Part shown: piece after piece, positions 30,714 through 39,925 of the stretch | How positions within the stretch are numbered: the first letter of the stretch is position 1 | Layout of the letters: each line of letters begins with the position of its first letter | Sequence record: PQ341120.1 | Strand: one strand, 5' to 3' | Source: Escherichia phage EAWsc9 | DNA length: 64,000 nt | Position numbers and translations under genes: made by a program | The notes under the pieces: generated by a model | Databases searched by the model: none | Told to the model about the DNA's origin: nothing | Seen by the model: only the letters and a program-made list of their open reading frames with translations

Positions 30714-31537
30714 CAATTACCCCCTTGGCCACCGGTCGGTTGATTGTACCAGTATTCAATACCAGTACCTACACGCTGGCCATATTGATATGGATATGCT
30801 GGATTATATCCAGGAGTCCACGGTTGGCCAGGCTGCCAGCCTTGCTGCATTTGTTGTTGAAGGCGTCGAGTTTCACGAAACAGCTCTTCCAGTTTACGGA
30901 GTTCGTCTGGAGTGAATTCTGGTTTGACCGGTTCATCTTTGTGTTTCAGTTTAAGCTGTCCAGCAACATCGTCCCAATTAAAAACTTTGGAAGCTGTTTT
31001 AGGAATAGCATCACGTTCGCCGCGGGCCATCCAATAAACCGGAACCTCGAGAATTTCACTCGCATGGTCGCAATGGTGTGCAAGGTCATCAATATAACAA
31101 ATGACATTATATTTGTCTTTTGCCTTCTGAAACAAATCCTCTTTAGAGGCTGTATGACCACACATCATCACTTCTTTAAATGCCCCAGGGAACAAAGCAT
31201 TCAGGTTGAATTGACGATTCAGGCGAGCATCAATAGAATCACCCAGGGCTGTAACAGCCACAAAATCATATTGCTCTTTGAGGTTATTAATAACCCTTAA
31301 TGCATCCGCATAAGGAGACAAATAGCGAATAAAGTCTGAACAGTTATATTTTTCAATTAACTGCGCGCCTAACTCTTCATCACAATTGAAAAGTTTACCA
31401 GGGGTCACAAATTTTTCATCCTGAATCATCTTAAGGATATGTTCCAGGGGTAAATTATATTTTTGGGCGAAATAAGGCAAGCCAGACTGCCATGACAAAC
31501 ATACGCCATCAATATCTGTTAAAATAACGGGTTTCAT
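30713..31537 (-). CDS. HAD-superfamily phosphatase-like protein with Q/P/G/Y-rich C-terminal tail, 274 aa
   Basis: N-terminal motif ILTDIDGV (HAD motif I DxDGx) and later YIDD; C-terminal low-complexity tail QQQMQQGWQPGQPWTPGYNPAYPYQYGQ...GGQGGN. Confidence 0.7.
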   Translation of the reverse strand: MKPVILTDIDGVCLSWQSGLPYFAQKYNLPLEHILKMIQDEKFVTPGKLFNCDEELGAQLIEKYNCSDFIRYLSPYADALRVINNLKEQYDFVAVTALGDSIDARLNRQFNLNALFPGAFKEVMMCGHTASKEDLFQKAKDKYNVICYIDDLAHHCDHASEILEVPVYWMARGERDAIPKTASKVFNWDDVAGQLKLKHKDEPVKPEFTPDELRKLEELFRETRRLQQQMQQGWQPGQPWTPGYNPAYPYQYGQRVGTGIEYWYNQPTGGQGGN

Positions 31538-31992
31538 AATGCATCTCTCAATTGGTTAAGTATGTCAATAAATTCTTGTTCAGTCAATATTGTATCATGA
31601 ACAGTAAGGTGGCTCGCCATCGAATGCTTTAAAACTTTGCCTTTTGTAGCTTGTAATGCGTCGCGGAATCCTTTGTTTTGGAGCGCTGCTTCAAAATATG
31701 CATTTGTATACAACTCTTTCCATGCTGCAGAGTATCTTGAAAAGGGAATTCCAAGCCAGAAAAGCGTCCCACGGTCCGCAGCTCTTGCATAAGCTCTTCC
31801 ACTTTGCTGGGCGGCCAATCCGGACATCCCAAATATACGTTTTTGTTGTTCATGATTTCTCACCTTGCACCCTTGTAGGAAGCCTTCAAGACCCCCAAAC
31901 TGGATACCCTCCATAACAAAAGGCCATTTGGCAAAGTTACTTAATGCACATGATGGCCACGGGAAATTGCTTCTTATTTCTAACTCAGACAT
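31534..31992 (-). CDS. Hypothetical protein (start uncertain; track ORF extends to 32067)
   Basis: Internal ATG gives a short overlap with the upstream gene; the longer ORF would add a hydrophobic N-terminus and overlap its neighbour by about 83 nt. Confidence 0.5.
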   Translation of the reverse strand: MSELEIRSNFPWPSCALSNFAKWPFVMEGIQFGGLEGFLQGCKVRNHEQQKRIFGMSGLAAQQSGRAYARAADRGTLFWLGIPFSRYSAAWKELYTNAYFEAALQNKGFRDALQATKGKVLKHSMASHLTVHDTILTEQEFIDILNQLRDAL

Positions 31993-32158
31993 CTTTGACA
32001 CTGATAATATCCACATCAGCCCAATGACCATAACCAGGTAGACGGTCTTTAATAGATAATCCGCCATCAGATTTCAGCATTTTAATTGTTTTAGTATATG
32101 GTTCAATATTTCGGGCCCATGGACTTACATCAGTCACGCGATAAGTAACTTCGACCAT
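31985..32158 (-). CDS. Hypothetical small protein (start uncertain; track ORF begins with GTG at 32197)
   Basis: In-frame ATG with GGGA RBS; the GTG alternative has poor spacing to GAGGA. Confidence 0.4.
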   Translation of the reverse strand: MVEVTYRVTDVSPWARNIEPYTKTIKMLKSDGGLSIKDRLPGYGHWADVDIISVKDV

Positions 32159-32198
32159 TTCTGTTCCCAAAATTTTCTGAATCAGTTTCTTAAACACA

Positions 32199-32393
32199 TT
32201 ATCCTCGCTTTAAACATTTGATTACAGACAACTCACCACCCATGCGAACGTCTTCAGTTCCATCAACCCACAAGACTGCATATGCTTCTTTAATTTGGGT
32301 ATTGCCTAATTTAAACGCAGGCAGGACCTTTGAAATCATTCCAGGAATACCTACGCCTTTTAACTGAACGGTTTGTGATAAGAATAGTTGCAT
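32199..32393 (-). CDS. Hypothetical protein, 64 aa
   Basis: ATG start; tightly packed with neighbours in the early 30.x block. Confidence 0.55.
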   Translation of the reverse strand: MQLFLSQTVQLKGVGIPGMISKVLPAFKLGNTQIKEAYAVLWVDGTEDVRMGGELSVIKCLKRG

Positions 32394-32680
32394 TAGAACC
32401 TCGTTTGGAATCCATGTGATTTAACATTACCGCCATTAATATCAGATGAATTAATTTCACGTGCTGCAATTGGGGCAATATCAATGTCGCGTCTAAGCTT
32501 GGTGATTGCCAGAGTATCGCGTCCATTAACAGTCCGGAATTCTAGTGGGCAAACTACATCAACATAGTTCTTAATGGAATCACGTGTTGGTTCACACCCA
32601 GCAGGAACATTAGGACCTTTTTTAGAGAAAACAACTTCACAGAAATTTTTACGTGTATCAAAGTAAGTAGTCATAAACAT
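32393..32680 (-). CDS. Hypothetical protein, 95 aa
   Basis: ATG with GAGGA RBS; GC-rich hairpin upstream. Confidence 0.6.
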   Translation of the reverse strand: MFMTTYFDTRKNFCEVVFSKKGPNVPAGCEPTRDSIKNYVDVVCPLEFRTVNGRDTLAITKLRRDIDIAPIAAREINSSDINGGNVKSHGFQTRF

Positions 32681-32718
32681 AGTATTTTCCTCAAGGGGGC
32701 TTTCGCCCCCATTTAAGA

Positions 32719-33084
32719 TTAGATATCAAATTCATTAAGAACTACATCAAAGATTGCTTCCAGGTGTTCAGGTTTTGCTTTGTTGCTCAGGATGTGACGA
32801 ATCCAAGTTTTAACCAGAAGCTTGCGATTAACACCATTCCAGCAAGGATGAGTCCCTAAATCACGCTCACGGAAATCATCATCTAATGCGATTTTGAATA
32901 CCGAACCTTCCATCGTGATTGAAAGAGTGATACCATTTTCAAATCGCATATAAACGTAGTTAGGAGTCATATACTGTTCAATTTCACACACTGAACCGTT
33001 TTGATGTTTCCACAAGCAAATAACTTCAGAAGAACCTGGGATGCAGTTAGAAACATATTTGCGTTCAAAGTTGATGTAGTTCAT
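32719..33084 (-). CDS. Hypothetical protein, about 121 aa
   Basis: Track ORF starts at TTG; ATG four codons in with a GGAG RBS; early promoter embedded in an inverted repeat upstream. Confidence 0.65.
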   Translation of the reverse strand: MNYINFERKYVSNCIPGSSEVICLWKHQNGSVCEIEQYMTPNYVYMRFENGITLSITMEGSVFKIALDDDFRERDLGTHPCWNGVNRKLLVKTWIRHILSNKAKPEHLEAIFDVVLNEFDI

Positions 33085-33121
33085 TTTATTCTCCAATTGT
33101 TTTCATTTGTTGGTACAGGTT

Positions 33122-33151
33122 TATAATATCATAACCTGTACCAAAGTAAAC
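33122..33151 (-). promoter_or_regulatory. Early promoter embedded in a 10-bp inverted repeat
   Basis: GTTTAC, 17 nt, TATTAT, flanked by GGTACAGGTT / AACCTGTACC. Confidence 0.4.
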
Positions 33152-33155
33152 TGTT

Positions 33156-33524
33156 TTATGCGACTTTAATCCAATTATCTAAATTTAATTCACCCTTAGC
33201 TTTCATTTTTTCAATCAGAAGGTCTGCAGTGGTGCGACCATTTTGATACCATGTAACATCTTCAGAATAACCAGTTTCTTCATCTTCATAGGTCTTACAA
33301 CGAATCTTACCCAAAATCAAAGTTTTCAGTTCGTATGTATCACCAGTAAAAAAGTTTGTTACCATAATTTTCCAGGAGAAGTCATCAGAAGGACCTTCAG
33401 GAGTCATGCAACCAACAAATTCAAACTGTTCTTTATACAAGTGCCATTGCATCTCTTTAGTTTCAATGGCTTTGTAACCGTCGTGGTCTTTACCTTTGAT
33501 GTATGAGTTAAGATTGATTTTCAT
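33156..33524 (-). CDS. Hypothetical protein, 122 aa
   Basis: ATG with GGAG RBS and early promoter (GTTTACA, 17 nt, CATAAT) upstream. Confidence 0.65.
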   Translation of the reverse strand: MKINLNSYIKGKDHDGYKAIETKEMQWHLYKEQFEFVGCMTPEGPSDDFSWKIMVTNFFTGDTYELKTLILGKIRCKTYEDEETGYSEDVTWYQNGRTTADLLIEKMKAKGELNLDNWIKVA

Positions 33525-33564
33525 TTTATTCTCCAGTGTTTTATTGTGTAACTCAGTATGGAAT

Positions 33565-33595
33565 CATTATGCACTGGACCAACCCTGTTGTAAAC
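33565..33595 (-). promoter_or_regulatory. Early promoter for the 33156..33524 gene
   Basis: TTTACA, 17 nt, CATAAT, then leader GATTCCATACTGAG...GGAGAATAAAATG. Confidence 0.45.
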
Positions 33596-33609
33596 CCCTT
33601 TATGGAAAA

Positions 33610-33635
33610 TAAAAAAGGGACTCCGAAGAGTCCCT
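33610..33635 (-). terminator. Terminator after the 53-aa basic ORF
   Basis: GGGACTC-TTCG-GAGTCCC followed by TTTTTTATTTT on the minus strand. Confidence 0.65.
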
Positions 33636-33639
33636 GAAC

Positions 33640-33801
33640 TTATGCTTTCGGCTTACCAAAGCAAGCTGCATCGGCACGCAATACCGCACGAGCACGAGCC
33701 TGAAGTTTATCAGTCACCTGATTGATTCGCTTGTTGGACGCACGCTTGTAACCAGCGCGTTTGGAGGAGCCATCAACAACTTTAACTTCTTTCTTAGCCA
33801 T
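33640..33801 (-). CDS. Hypothetical small highly basic protein, about 53 aa
   Basis: Hand-translated (MAKKEVKVVDGSSKRAGYKRASNKRINQVTDKLQARARAVLRADAACFGKPKA); AAGAGA RBS; followed by a hairpin plus T-run terminator; coordinates +/-2. Confidence 0.4.
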   Translation of the reverse strand: MAKKEVKVVDGSSKRAGYKRASNKRINQVTDKLQARARAVLRADAACFGKPKA

Positions 33802-34199
33802 ATTAAATTCTCTTTAAAATAGAATGCAGGACTTATTGGCATTGCCTGCGCAAGCCCTCGAAGGGAACATTAGGTTTCGGATATTTAACGACAGGATAAC
33901 CATAAACCTCGTCATCATACCTTATAGCTCTTATCTGTTGCACACCGTTAGCTTAAAGGTTCCGGGTTCGATTTCTCGAGGATAAGATATATACTGATGG
34001 ATATATAGGCCTTGAGGCGTACTCCCGATTGGCCATCACCTCGGGGTAGCATGCACTTGCCGCTATAAGAATAACATTCAAGAGGTACACCGTAAAATTG
34101 CCGGGGTCTTAAAACTATAATGATTCGCAAATCATTAATCAGACGGTTCGACGGCTCCTCGATTTTCTAGCCGCACTAAGGTAGCGAATCACCTACAGC

Positions 34200-34454
34200 T
34201 TACTTCAGGGTTACGACAAAATGGCGAACAGCTTTACGGGCAGCAGATGCCAGCGGCTTAGCAAATTTCAGTTCATCTTTTGCTTCGAGCACTGCGCGAA
34301 GGTCGGTTTGAACCGGGTTAAGATGTTTGAAATACTGCAGAATTTCCAGTGCTTCGGCTTCAACATCAATAGATGCGCCGTAGTTTTCGTGACCGTTATT
34401 CCATGCAGTGCGTTGCAGTTCGAGAGCGTGTTGTAATTGTTTGTTTAAAGACAT
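34200..34454 (-). CDS. Hypothetical protein, about 84 aa, at the position of T4 rIII
   Basis: Internal ATG (MSLNKQLQ...) with GAGG RBS; lies directly downstream of gene 31 as rIII does in T4; identity not confirmed. Confidence 0.55.
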   Translation of the reverse strand: MSLNKQLQHALELQRTAWNNGHENYGASIDVEAEALEILQYFKHLNPVQTDLRAVLEAKDELKFAKPLASAARKAVRHFVVTLK

Positions 34455-34597
34455 TTTAGAAGCCTCAATATGAGGTGAATATTTGGTGGACACGTTCTTC
34501 TGAATTTCACTTCCTTTCGGCAAGTCTCTCAGTTGTAGTCCACCGTTTAGGATTAGCTAACCCCATACACCAGCAAAGCTCTGTATGACATCAACCA

Positions 34598-34605
34598 ATC
34601 CATAT
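34598..34605 (-). promoter_or_regulatory. Possible minus-strand late promoter motif between gene 31 and the rIII-position gene
   Basis: Reverse-complement TATAAATA; could be a chance occurrence in AT-rich DNA. Confidence 0.3.
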
Positions 34606-34625
34606 TATTATTTATAACGCTAATT

Positions 34626-34973
34626 TTACTTATAAAGACAAGGAACGGCTTTATAATGACAGGTCACAAATTTTTGCTTAACTTCTTTAGCCTGCTTAAG
34701 CCCCAGAGCAACCAGAGGATGTGGAACGTTTGCAATCTTGCCAACCGGAAGAGGAGTCAAATCACCTACTTCGCAGAATCCTTCAGGAACATCCGGACCA
34801 ACCGAAAATACTTCACACATCTCCGGGATTTCACCCTGATGGAGTTTTCCGATAACGATGCCTGATGCCGTAGTTTCTTCATCACCAGCTTGCTTTGGCT
34901 CAGAAACCAAAATAATATATTCACCTACTGCTTTAATTGGTAATTCCATATTTAATCCATGTTGTTTGGTCAT
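34626..34973 (-). CDS. 31: Co-chaperonin (GroES-like) for capsid folding, 115 aa (alternative start at 34949)
   Basis: LPI.AVGEY.ILVSEP.QAGDEE...HYKA.PCLYK matches T4 gp31. Confidence 0.9.
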   Translation of the reverse strand: MTKQHGLNMELPIKAVGEYIILVSEPKQAGDEETTASGIVIGKLHQGEIPEMCEVFSVGPDVPEGFCEVGDLTPLPVGKIANVPHPLVALGLKQAKEVKQKFVTCHYKAVPCLYK

Positions 34974-35004
34974 GTATTAATAATAACACGCGTTGTTTGA
35001 AGCA

Positions 35005-35304
35005 TTAAAGGACGAGCAGAGTCTCGGTCTGCAGTCCATTCACGGAAATCAATTTATTGAAACAGAATGAACGCCATTCATTAAGCTTGGTATCAAATAC
35101 CCGGATATAGCTAACTGGTTCTTTATTGACTTCTGGGCCAGGGGCCTGGATTTCTTTATATGGAAGCAGGTCCAGGTCGCGAGTACAAGTCATACGACGA
35201 ACACTGCCATCTGCTTTTTCAAACAGAACTTCGTGAAAGCCAACAGACAAAATAGTCTTGACTTTTTCGCGAAGGCGAATTGTTTCTTGTTCAGTTAAAA
35301 TCAT
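35005..35304 (-). CDS. Hypothetical protein, 99 aa (31.1-like position)
   Basis: ATG start; synteny between cd and 31. Confidence 0.6.
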   Translation of the reverse strand: MILTEQETIRLREKVKTILSVGFHEVLFEKADGSVRRMTCTRDLDLLPYKEIQAPGPEVNKEPVSYIRVFDTKLNEWRSFCFNKLISVNGLQTETLLVL

Positions 35305-35306
35305 AA

Positions 35307-35540
35307 TTATTCCAAAACAGTTTTAATAGTGGTTGCATTACGCTCTTTTAAAGCGCTCAGCAGGGATTTGCATTTTTCAAAAACCGGGTCCGTTTTATAC
35401 CGGATGCTTTCGTCAATCCATTCAGATTTATAGTAAGACTTCCAGCGAGAGAAGAAATACTTTTTGTATTCCACCGAAAAAGCGATTATACCCGTCCCCC
35501 GAGGACTAAGACTGGTTATTTTAACCATACGAAATTTCAT
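35307..35540 (-). CDS. Hypothetical protein, 77 aa (31.2-like position)
   Basis: TAATG overlap with the cd stop; synteny. Confidence 0.6.
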   Translation of the reverse strand: MKFRMVKITSLSPRGTGIIAFSVEYKKYFFSRWKSYYKSEWIDESIRYKTDPVFEKCKSLLSALKERNATTIKTVLE

Positions 35541-36121
35541 TATTCACCACAAAATTCGTTAATGTTTTCCCAGTTCAATTTGTCTAAACTACGCTTAGGC
35601 ACATTGAACACCTCAATTCCTGCATTCTTCAGGATATCATCCCAACCAGGAATATTCTTATCATACGTTTCACAGTAAACCAATTTCTTGATTCCTGATT
35701 GAGAAATTGCCTTTGCACAGTCAGGGCAAGGGGAAAGCGTCACATACATAGTAGCGCCTTCAATTGACGAACCCATTCTTGCTGCAAACAGAATTGCATT
35801 AAGCTCAGCATGGATTTCGTTGTTCTTTGACCATGCAGAATGGGCTTCGCGATGGGCTTTCGCCAATACAAAACGGTCAACCTTACTGAATCTCACACAT
35901 TCTGGCTTGTGACCGGGGACGAGAACAGGTTTAGGTTTATTCAGTAACCAACCTTGCTCTTCCGCATGCTCGCAACAGTTGACCCCACCTGCAGGGGAAC
36001 CATTATACCCTGTAGAAATAATGCGTCCATTCTTTTCAATAACAGCTCCCACTTTCCAGGAGCAACATTTGGATTCTTGAGATACAAGGTATGCGATTTG
36101 CAGAACAGTAGTTGGTTTCAT
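35540..36121 (-). CDS. cd: dCMP deaminase, 193 aa
   Basis: Cytidine/deoxycytidylate deaminase zinc motifs (CAE-type HAE...PCxxC: CCEHAE, SPCPDCAKAI); same length as T4 Cd. Confidence 0.93.
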   Translation of the reverse strand: MKPTTVLQIAYLVSQESKCCSWKVGAVIEKNGRIISTGYNGSPAGGVNCCEHAEEQGWLLNKPKPVLVPGHKPECVRFSKVDRFVLAKAHREAHSAWSKNNEIHAELNAILFAARMGSSIEGATMYVTLSPCPDCAKAISQSGIKKLVYCETYDKNIPGWDDILKNAGIEVFNVPKRSLDKLNWENINEFCGE

Positions 36122-36457
36122 TTACATCACCACGAGATAATTGGTTTTAATAGTTTCAACACGATATAATTCATGTCGCAATTTAGTAATGCTCTTAACA
36201 TGTGTTGTAATTATACTATCACCGTCGCTGAAGCGTTTTTTCTTATCGTCAAAAATCACCCCAAACATTCGCTCACCAATTTCTACAGGAGCTTCTGTGA
36301 TAACAATCGCATCATAATTACTTGGGTGAATACTTTTAAACAGAGCATCATTCGCAAGCGTTACTTTGATAAATGCAGTTGTTTCTGGGTCCAACTTACG
36401 ATGGTCACCTAAATCATTTTTAAGTGATTCTTTGAAAATATCCATTAAATTCATCAT
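36122..36457 (-). CDS. Hypothetical protein, 111 aa
   Basis: ATGA overlap with the upstream gene; cd.x block. Confidence 0.6.
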   Translation of the reverse strand: MMNLMDIFKESLKNDLGDHRKLDPETTAFIKVTLANDALFKSIHPSNYDAIVITEAPVEIGERMFGVIFDDKKKRFSDGDSIITTHVKSITKLRHELYRVETIKTNYLVVM

Positions 36458-36699
36458 TGAATATACACTCGCTGCGCTTCAACCAGACCATCAGAACCCA
36501 ATTTCAGTTGGGTAAACTGGTCACCACCTTTTAGAGTAATTTTCGGATTAATGACAATCATAAAACTGCGTGCAGATTCCTGAATAACTTGCAAAGTCGC
36601 AGCAGGGAATCGCTGTGATACGCGGTTAATCATCTCTTGAGCAAATGCCTTCACTTTTTCGTGAAACTCTTCAACAGTAATTGGGGTTTCGCTAAGCAT
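36454..36699 (-). CDS. Hypothetical protein, 81 aa
   Basis: GGAGA RBS; TGATG overlap with the upstream gene. Confidence 0.6.
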   Translation of the reverse strand: MLSETPITVEEFHEKVKAFAQEMINRVSQRFPAATLQVIQESARSFMIVINPKITLKGGDQFTQLKLGSDGLVEAQRVYIQ

Positions 36700-37241
36700 C
36701 AGATTGTCTCCTGTTTAACTTGTTTAACGATAGAAGCTTTTGTGATATCGCCTTTGATAATATAACAATCTTCTGCAGTACCGCGGTTTAACAGGCGCTC
36801 TGCTTCGTCTTCCGCATATTCTTTTGACGTATGACGAGAGTTAATCTCAATCTTGCCATTTTTAACCACGAGCAATTTCCAAACTGATGCAAGTTTTACT
36901 GGCGCAGGTTCAACTTCTGGCTTAACGCCAACTTCTGCCTGAATAAAATATTCGAATTCATCTGACAATGGACCAGCGGAAACAAACATTGCTCCACGAT
37001 GTCTGTTTCCTTCGTCAGATATTTTTGCCAAATCCACAAAATCATTTTCATCAATCAAACGAATCTCACAAACTTTTTTACCGCCGCTAACATTATCAGG
37101 TAAAATCTTAACTTCAAATGGAGTCATACCGATGTATCCGGCAATTTGGTAATTAGCTGCCCAGCCTCCGGCAATAAATTGTTTTTTGGCATTTTCAGAT
37201 ACAAATTTGTAAAACTTACCTTCTTCAAAGAAATCGCTCAT
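36699..37241 (-). CDS. Hypothetical protein, 180 aa
   Basis: GAGGA RBS; early promoter with a leader nearly identical to that of the 26395..26685 gene. Confidence 0.65.
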   Translation of the reverse strand: MSDFFEEGKFYKFVSENAKKQFIAGGWAANYQIAGYIGMTPFEVKILPDNVSGGKKVCEIRLIDENDFVDLAKISDEGNRHRGAMFVSAGPLSDEFEYFIQAEVGVKPEVEPAPVKLASVWKLLVVKNGKIEINSRHTSKEYAEDEAERLLNRGTAEDCYIIKGDITKASIVKQVKQETI

Positions 37242-37270
37242 TTTGTTTTCCTCATGTGTTGATGAAATTC

Positions 37271-37299
37271 ATTATACACCATCCATGGTGAAAGTAAAC
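37271..37299 (-). promoter_or_regulatory. Early promoter for the 36699..37241 gene
   Basis: GTTTAC ... TATAAT with the conserved CACATGAGGAAAACAAAATG leader. Confidence 0.45.
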
Positions 37300-37301
37300 A
37301 C

Positions 37302-37580
37302 TTAAATTGCTTCTGCAATTGCAGTTTGATTCTGGAAGTCAACCTTGCACGAAACGGTCAAAGTGGCTCCATCAATTTTAAACGGAACAATTGCGAATGC
37401 TGCACCAGGCGTGAGTTGAACAGTGATTGCATCAACTGCATCCGGGAACATGATTTCCAGAATAGCAGACAAACGACCGTGCACTTTTAGTTCAGTCGAC
37501 ACGTCGACGCTTTCGTATAGATAATCAGATACAATCTGACTAAAAAGTACTTTAACAATTTCAGAATATGTAGGAAACAT
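37302..37580 (-). CDS. Hypothetical protein, 92 aa
   Basis: ATG start; preceded by a MotA-box-like middle promoter carrying the TATAATGGGGTCTAGG element. Confidence 0.6.
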   Translation of the reverse strand: MFPTYSEIVKVLFSQIVSDYLYESVDVSTELKVHGRLSAILEIMFPDAVDAITVQLTPGAAFAIVPFKIDGATLTVSCKVDFQNQTAIAEAI

Positions 37581-37611
37581 TTCTTTTCTCGCTTAGTTAT
37601 CGGGGTATCCA

Positions 37612-37650
37612 AAGGACCTAGACCCCATTATACCATAAAATTTTTAAAGC
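37612..37650 (-). promoter_or_regulatory. Middle-promoter-like element upstream of the 37302..37580 gene
   Basis: CGCTTTA, 12 nt, TATAAT, GGGGTCTAGGTCC (degenerate copy of the conserved element). Confidence 0.4.
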
Positions 37651-37651
37651 G

Positions 37652-37867
37652 TTAATGGACGGTATGCACCTTGACATTAACGATAAATCGGTCAATGACT
37701 TCAGTCAGCGGAACGAATTCAACATAATATTCGCCCTTGTACCGTTCGTTGATGTCATTACGCAGTGCAGCCAGGTTATTGATAAGAGCAGGAGACATAT
37801 TCTGACCTACCAGTTTCTGAAGCTCTTTATAAGCTTCTTCTTCAACTTCATGGTGTTTGTTATACAT
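37652..37867 (-). CDS. Hypothetical protein, about 71 aa
   Basis: Internal ATG chosen to give a short overlap with the upstream gene. Confidence 0.55.
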   Translation of the reverse strand: MYNKHHEVEEEAYKELQKLVGQNMSPALINNLAALRNDINERYKGEYYVEFVPLTEVIDRFIVNVKVHTVH

Positions 37868-38056
37868 AATGTTCTTCCAAGAAGGCCAAGAGTTCTGGAG
37901 CGGATTTAAAAATACCACCATCGACCTTGTCTTCATCTTTATAGTCCATTACATCCAGGCCAATACGTCCATCAGTTAAAGGCCATACGCTGAAAAAGTA
38001 TTCGTAACGTTTTTCAATTTCTTCGATTGTACGAAAAATCTTTTCGATATTATTCA

Positions 38057-38057
<1 letters not shown>
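37860..38057 (-). CDS. Hypothetical protein, about 65 aa
   Basis: Internal ATG (MNNIEKIF...) with GGGGA RBS; TAATG overlap with the pseT stop. Confidence 0.5.
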
Positions 38058-39275
<1,218 letters not shown>

Positions 39276-39279
<4 letters not shown>

Positions 39280-39758
39280 ACACCAAGCTCCTTATAAAGT
39301 TCTTCGCGACAAGTTTTAAGGATTTTACCAGTTTCATAAGCTGCGCTTTCAGAAACATCACCAAGCGTAGCGGCAGCTTGCATTTGACCATGGCGTTTAG
39401 CCGCATATTCAAAACTTTTTACCAGTTCACGAATACGTTCTTTTTCATTGTATTCTTCAATAAATTCTGGGTATTCCCAAACAGGTCGCATCATACGATA
39501 CCACTGTTGGATAGTAATATAATTACTTCCATCCAGGTTAATAATTTGGGAAGGCTCAATAGCACCAGGAGCATAAAAAGTTACCTGTCTTACTACATCA
39601 ATACCGTCCACAATAGCCCAAGCAAAATCGAAAGTTGCCTTCTTTTCAATTGGTGTACTTGCACAGGACCCTAATTTTAAGAGCTTTTGTAATACAGGAG
39701 ATTTAATACTTGAAATGTATTCAGGCTTAGCCACAAAACTGTTATCACGTAAAGTCAT
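39276..39758 (-). CDS. Hypothetical protein, about 161 aa
   Basis: First ATG of the track ORF lies in the promoter -10 (GAGTATAATG); later ATG with GAGGA RBS chosen. Confidence 0.6.
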
Positions 39759-39791
39759 AGTCATTTCCTCAAATTTTATAATCCGTAGGAG

Positions 39792-39821
39792 CATTATACT
39801 CTGCTCCCATGAGTTTGTACA
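39792..39821 (-). promoter_or_regulatory. Early promoter for the 39276..39758 gene
   Basis: TGTACAAAC -35-like element and GAGTATAAT -10. Confidence 0.4.
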
Positions 39822-39925
39822 CTACTTTCCAAAAAGACCTTGAACACATAAAGTGGCCGCAATTCCAAAACAAAAACAGAATGCACCAAATCTAACAATA
39901 TCCCAACCAAGGCTACAGTTCTCTA

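Noticed and set aside
33960-34000. tRNA-like T-loop sequence GGGTTCGATTTC in the noncoding island
   Set aside because: Flanking bases cannot form a 5-bp T-stem or an acceptor stem; no cloverleaf could be built by hand on either strand.
33948-34130. 60-aa minus-strand ORF inside the noncoding island
   Set aside because: No RBS, start codon buried in a hairpin, low-complexity product.
34186-34198. CTAAGGTAGCGAA, identical to a conserved 23S rRNA segment
   Set aside because: Only a 13-nt match with no extended rRNA similarity on either side; it abuts a stop codon, so most likely chance.
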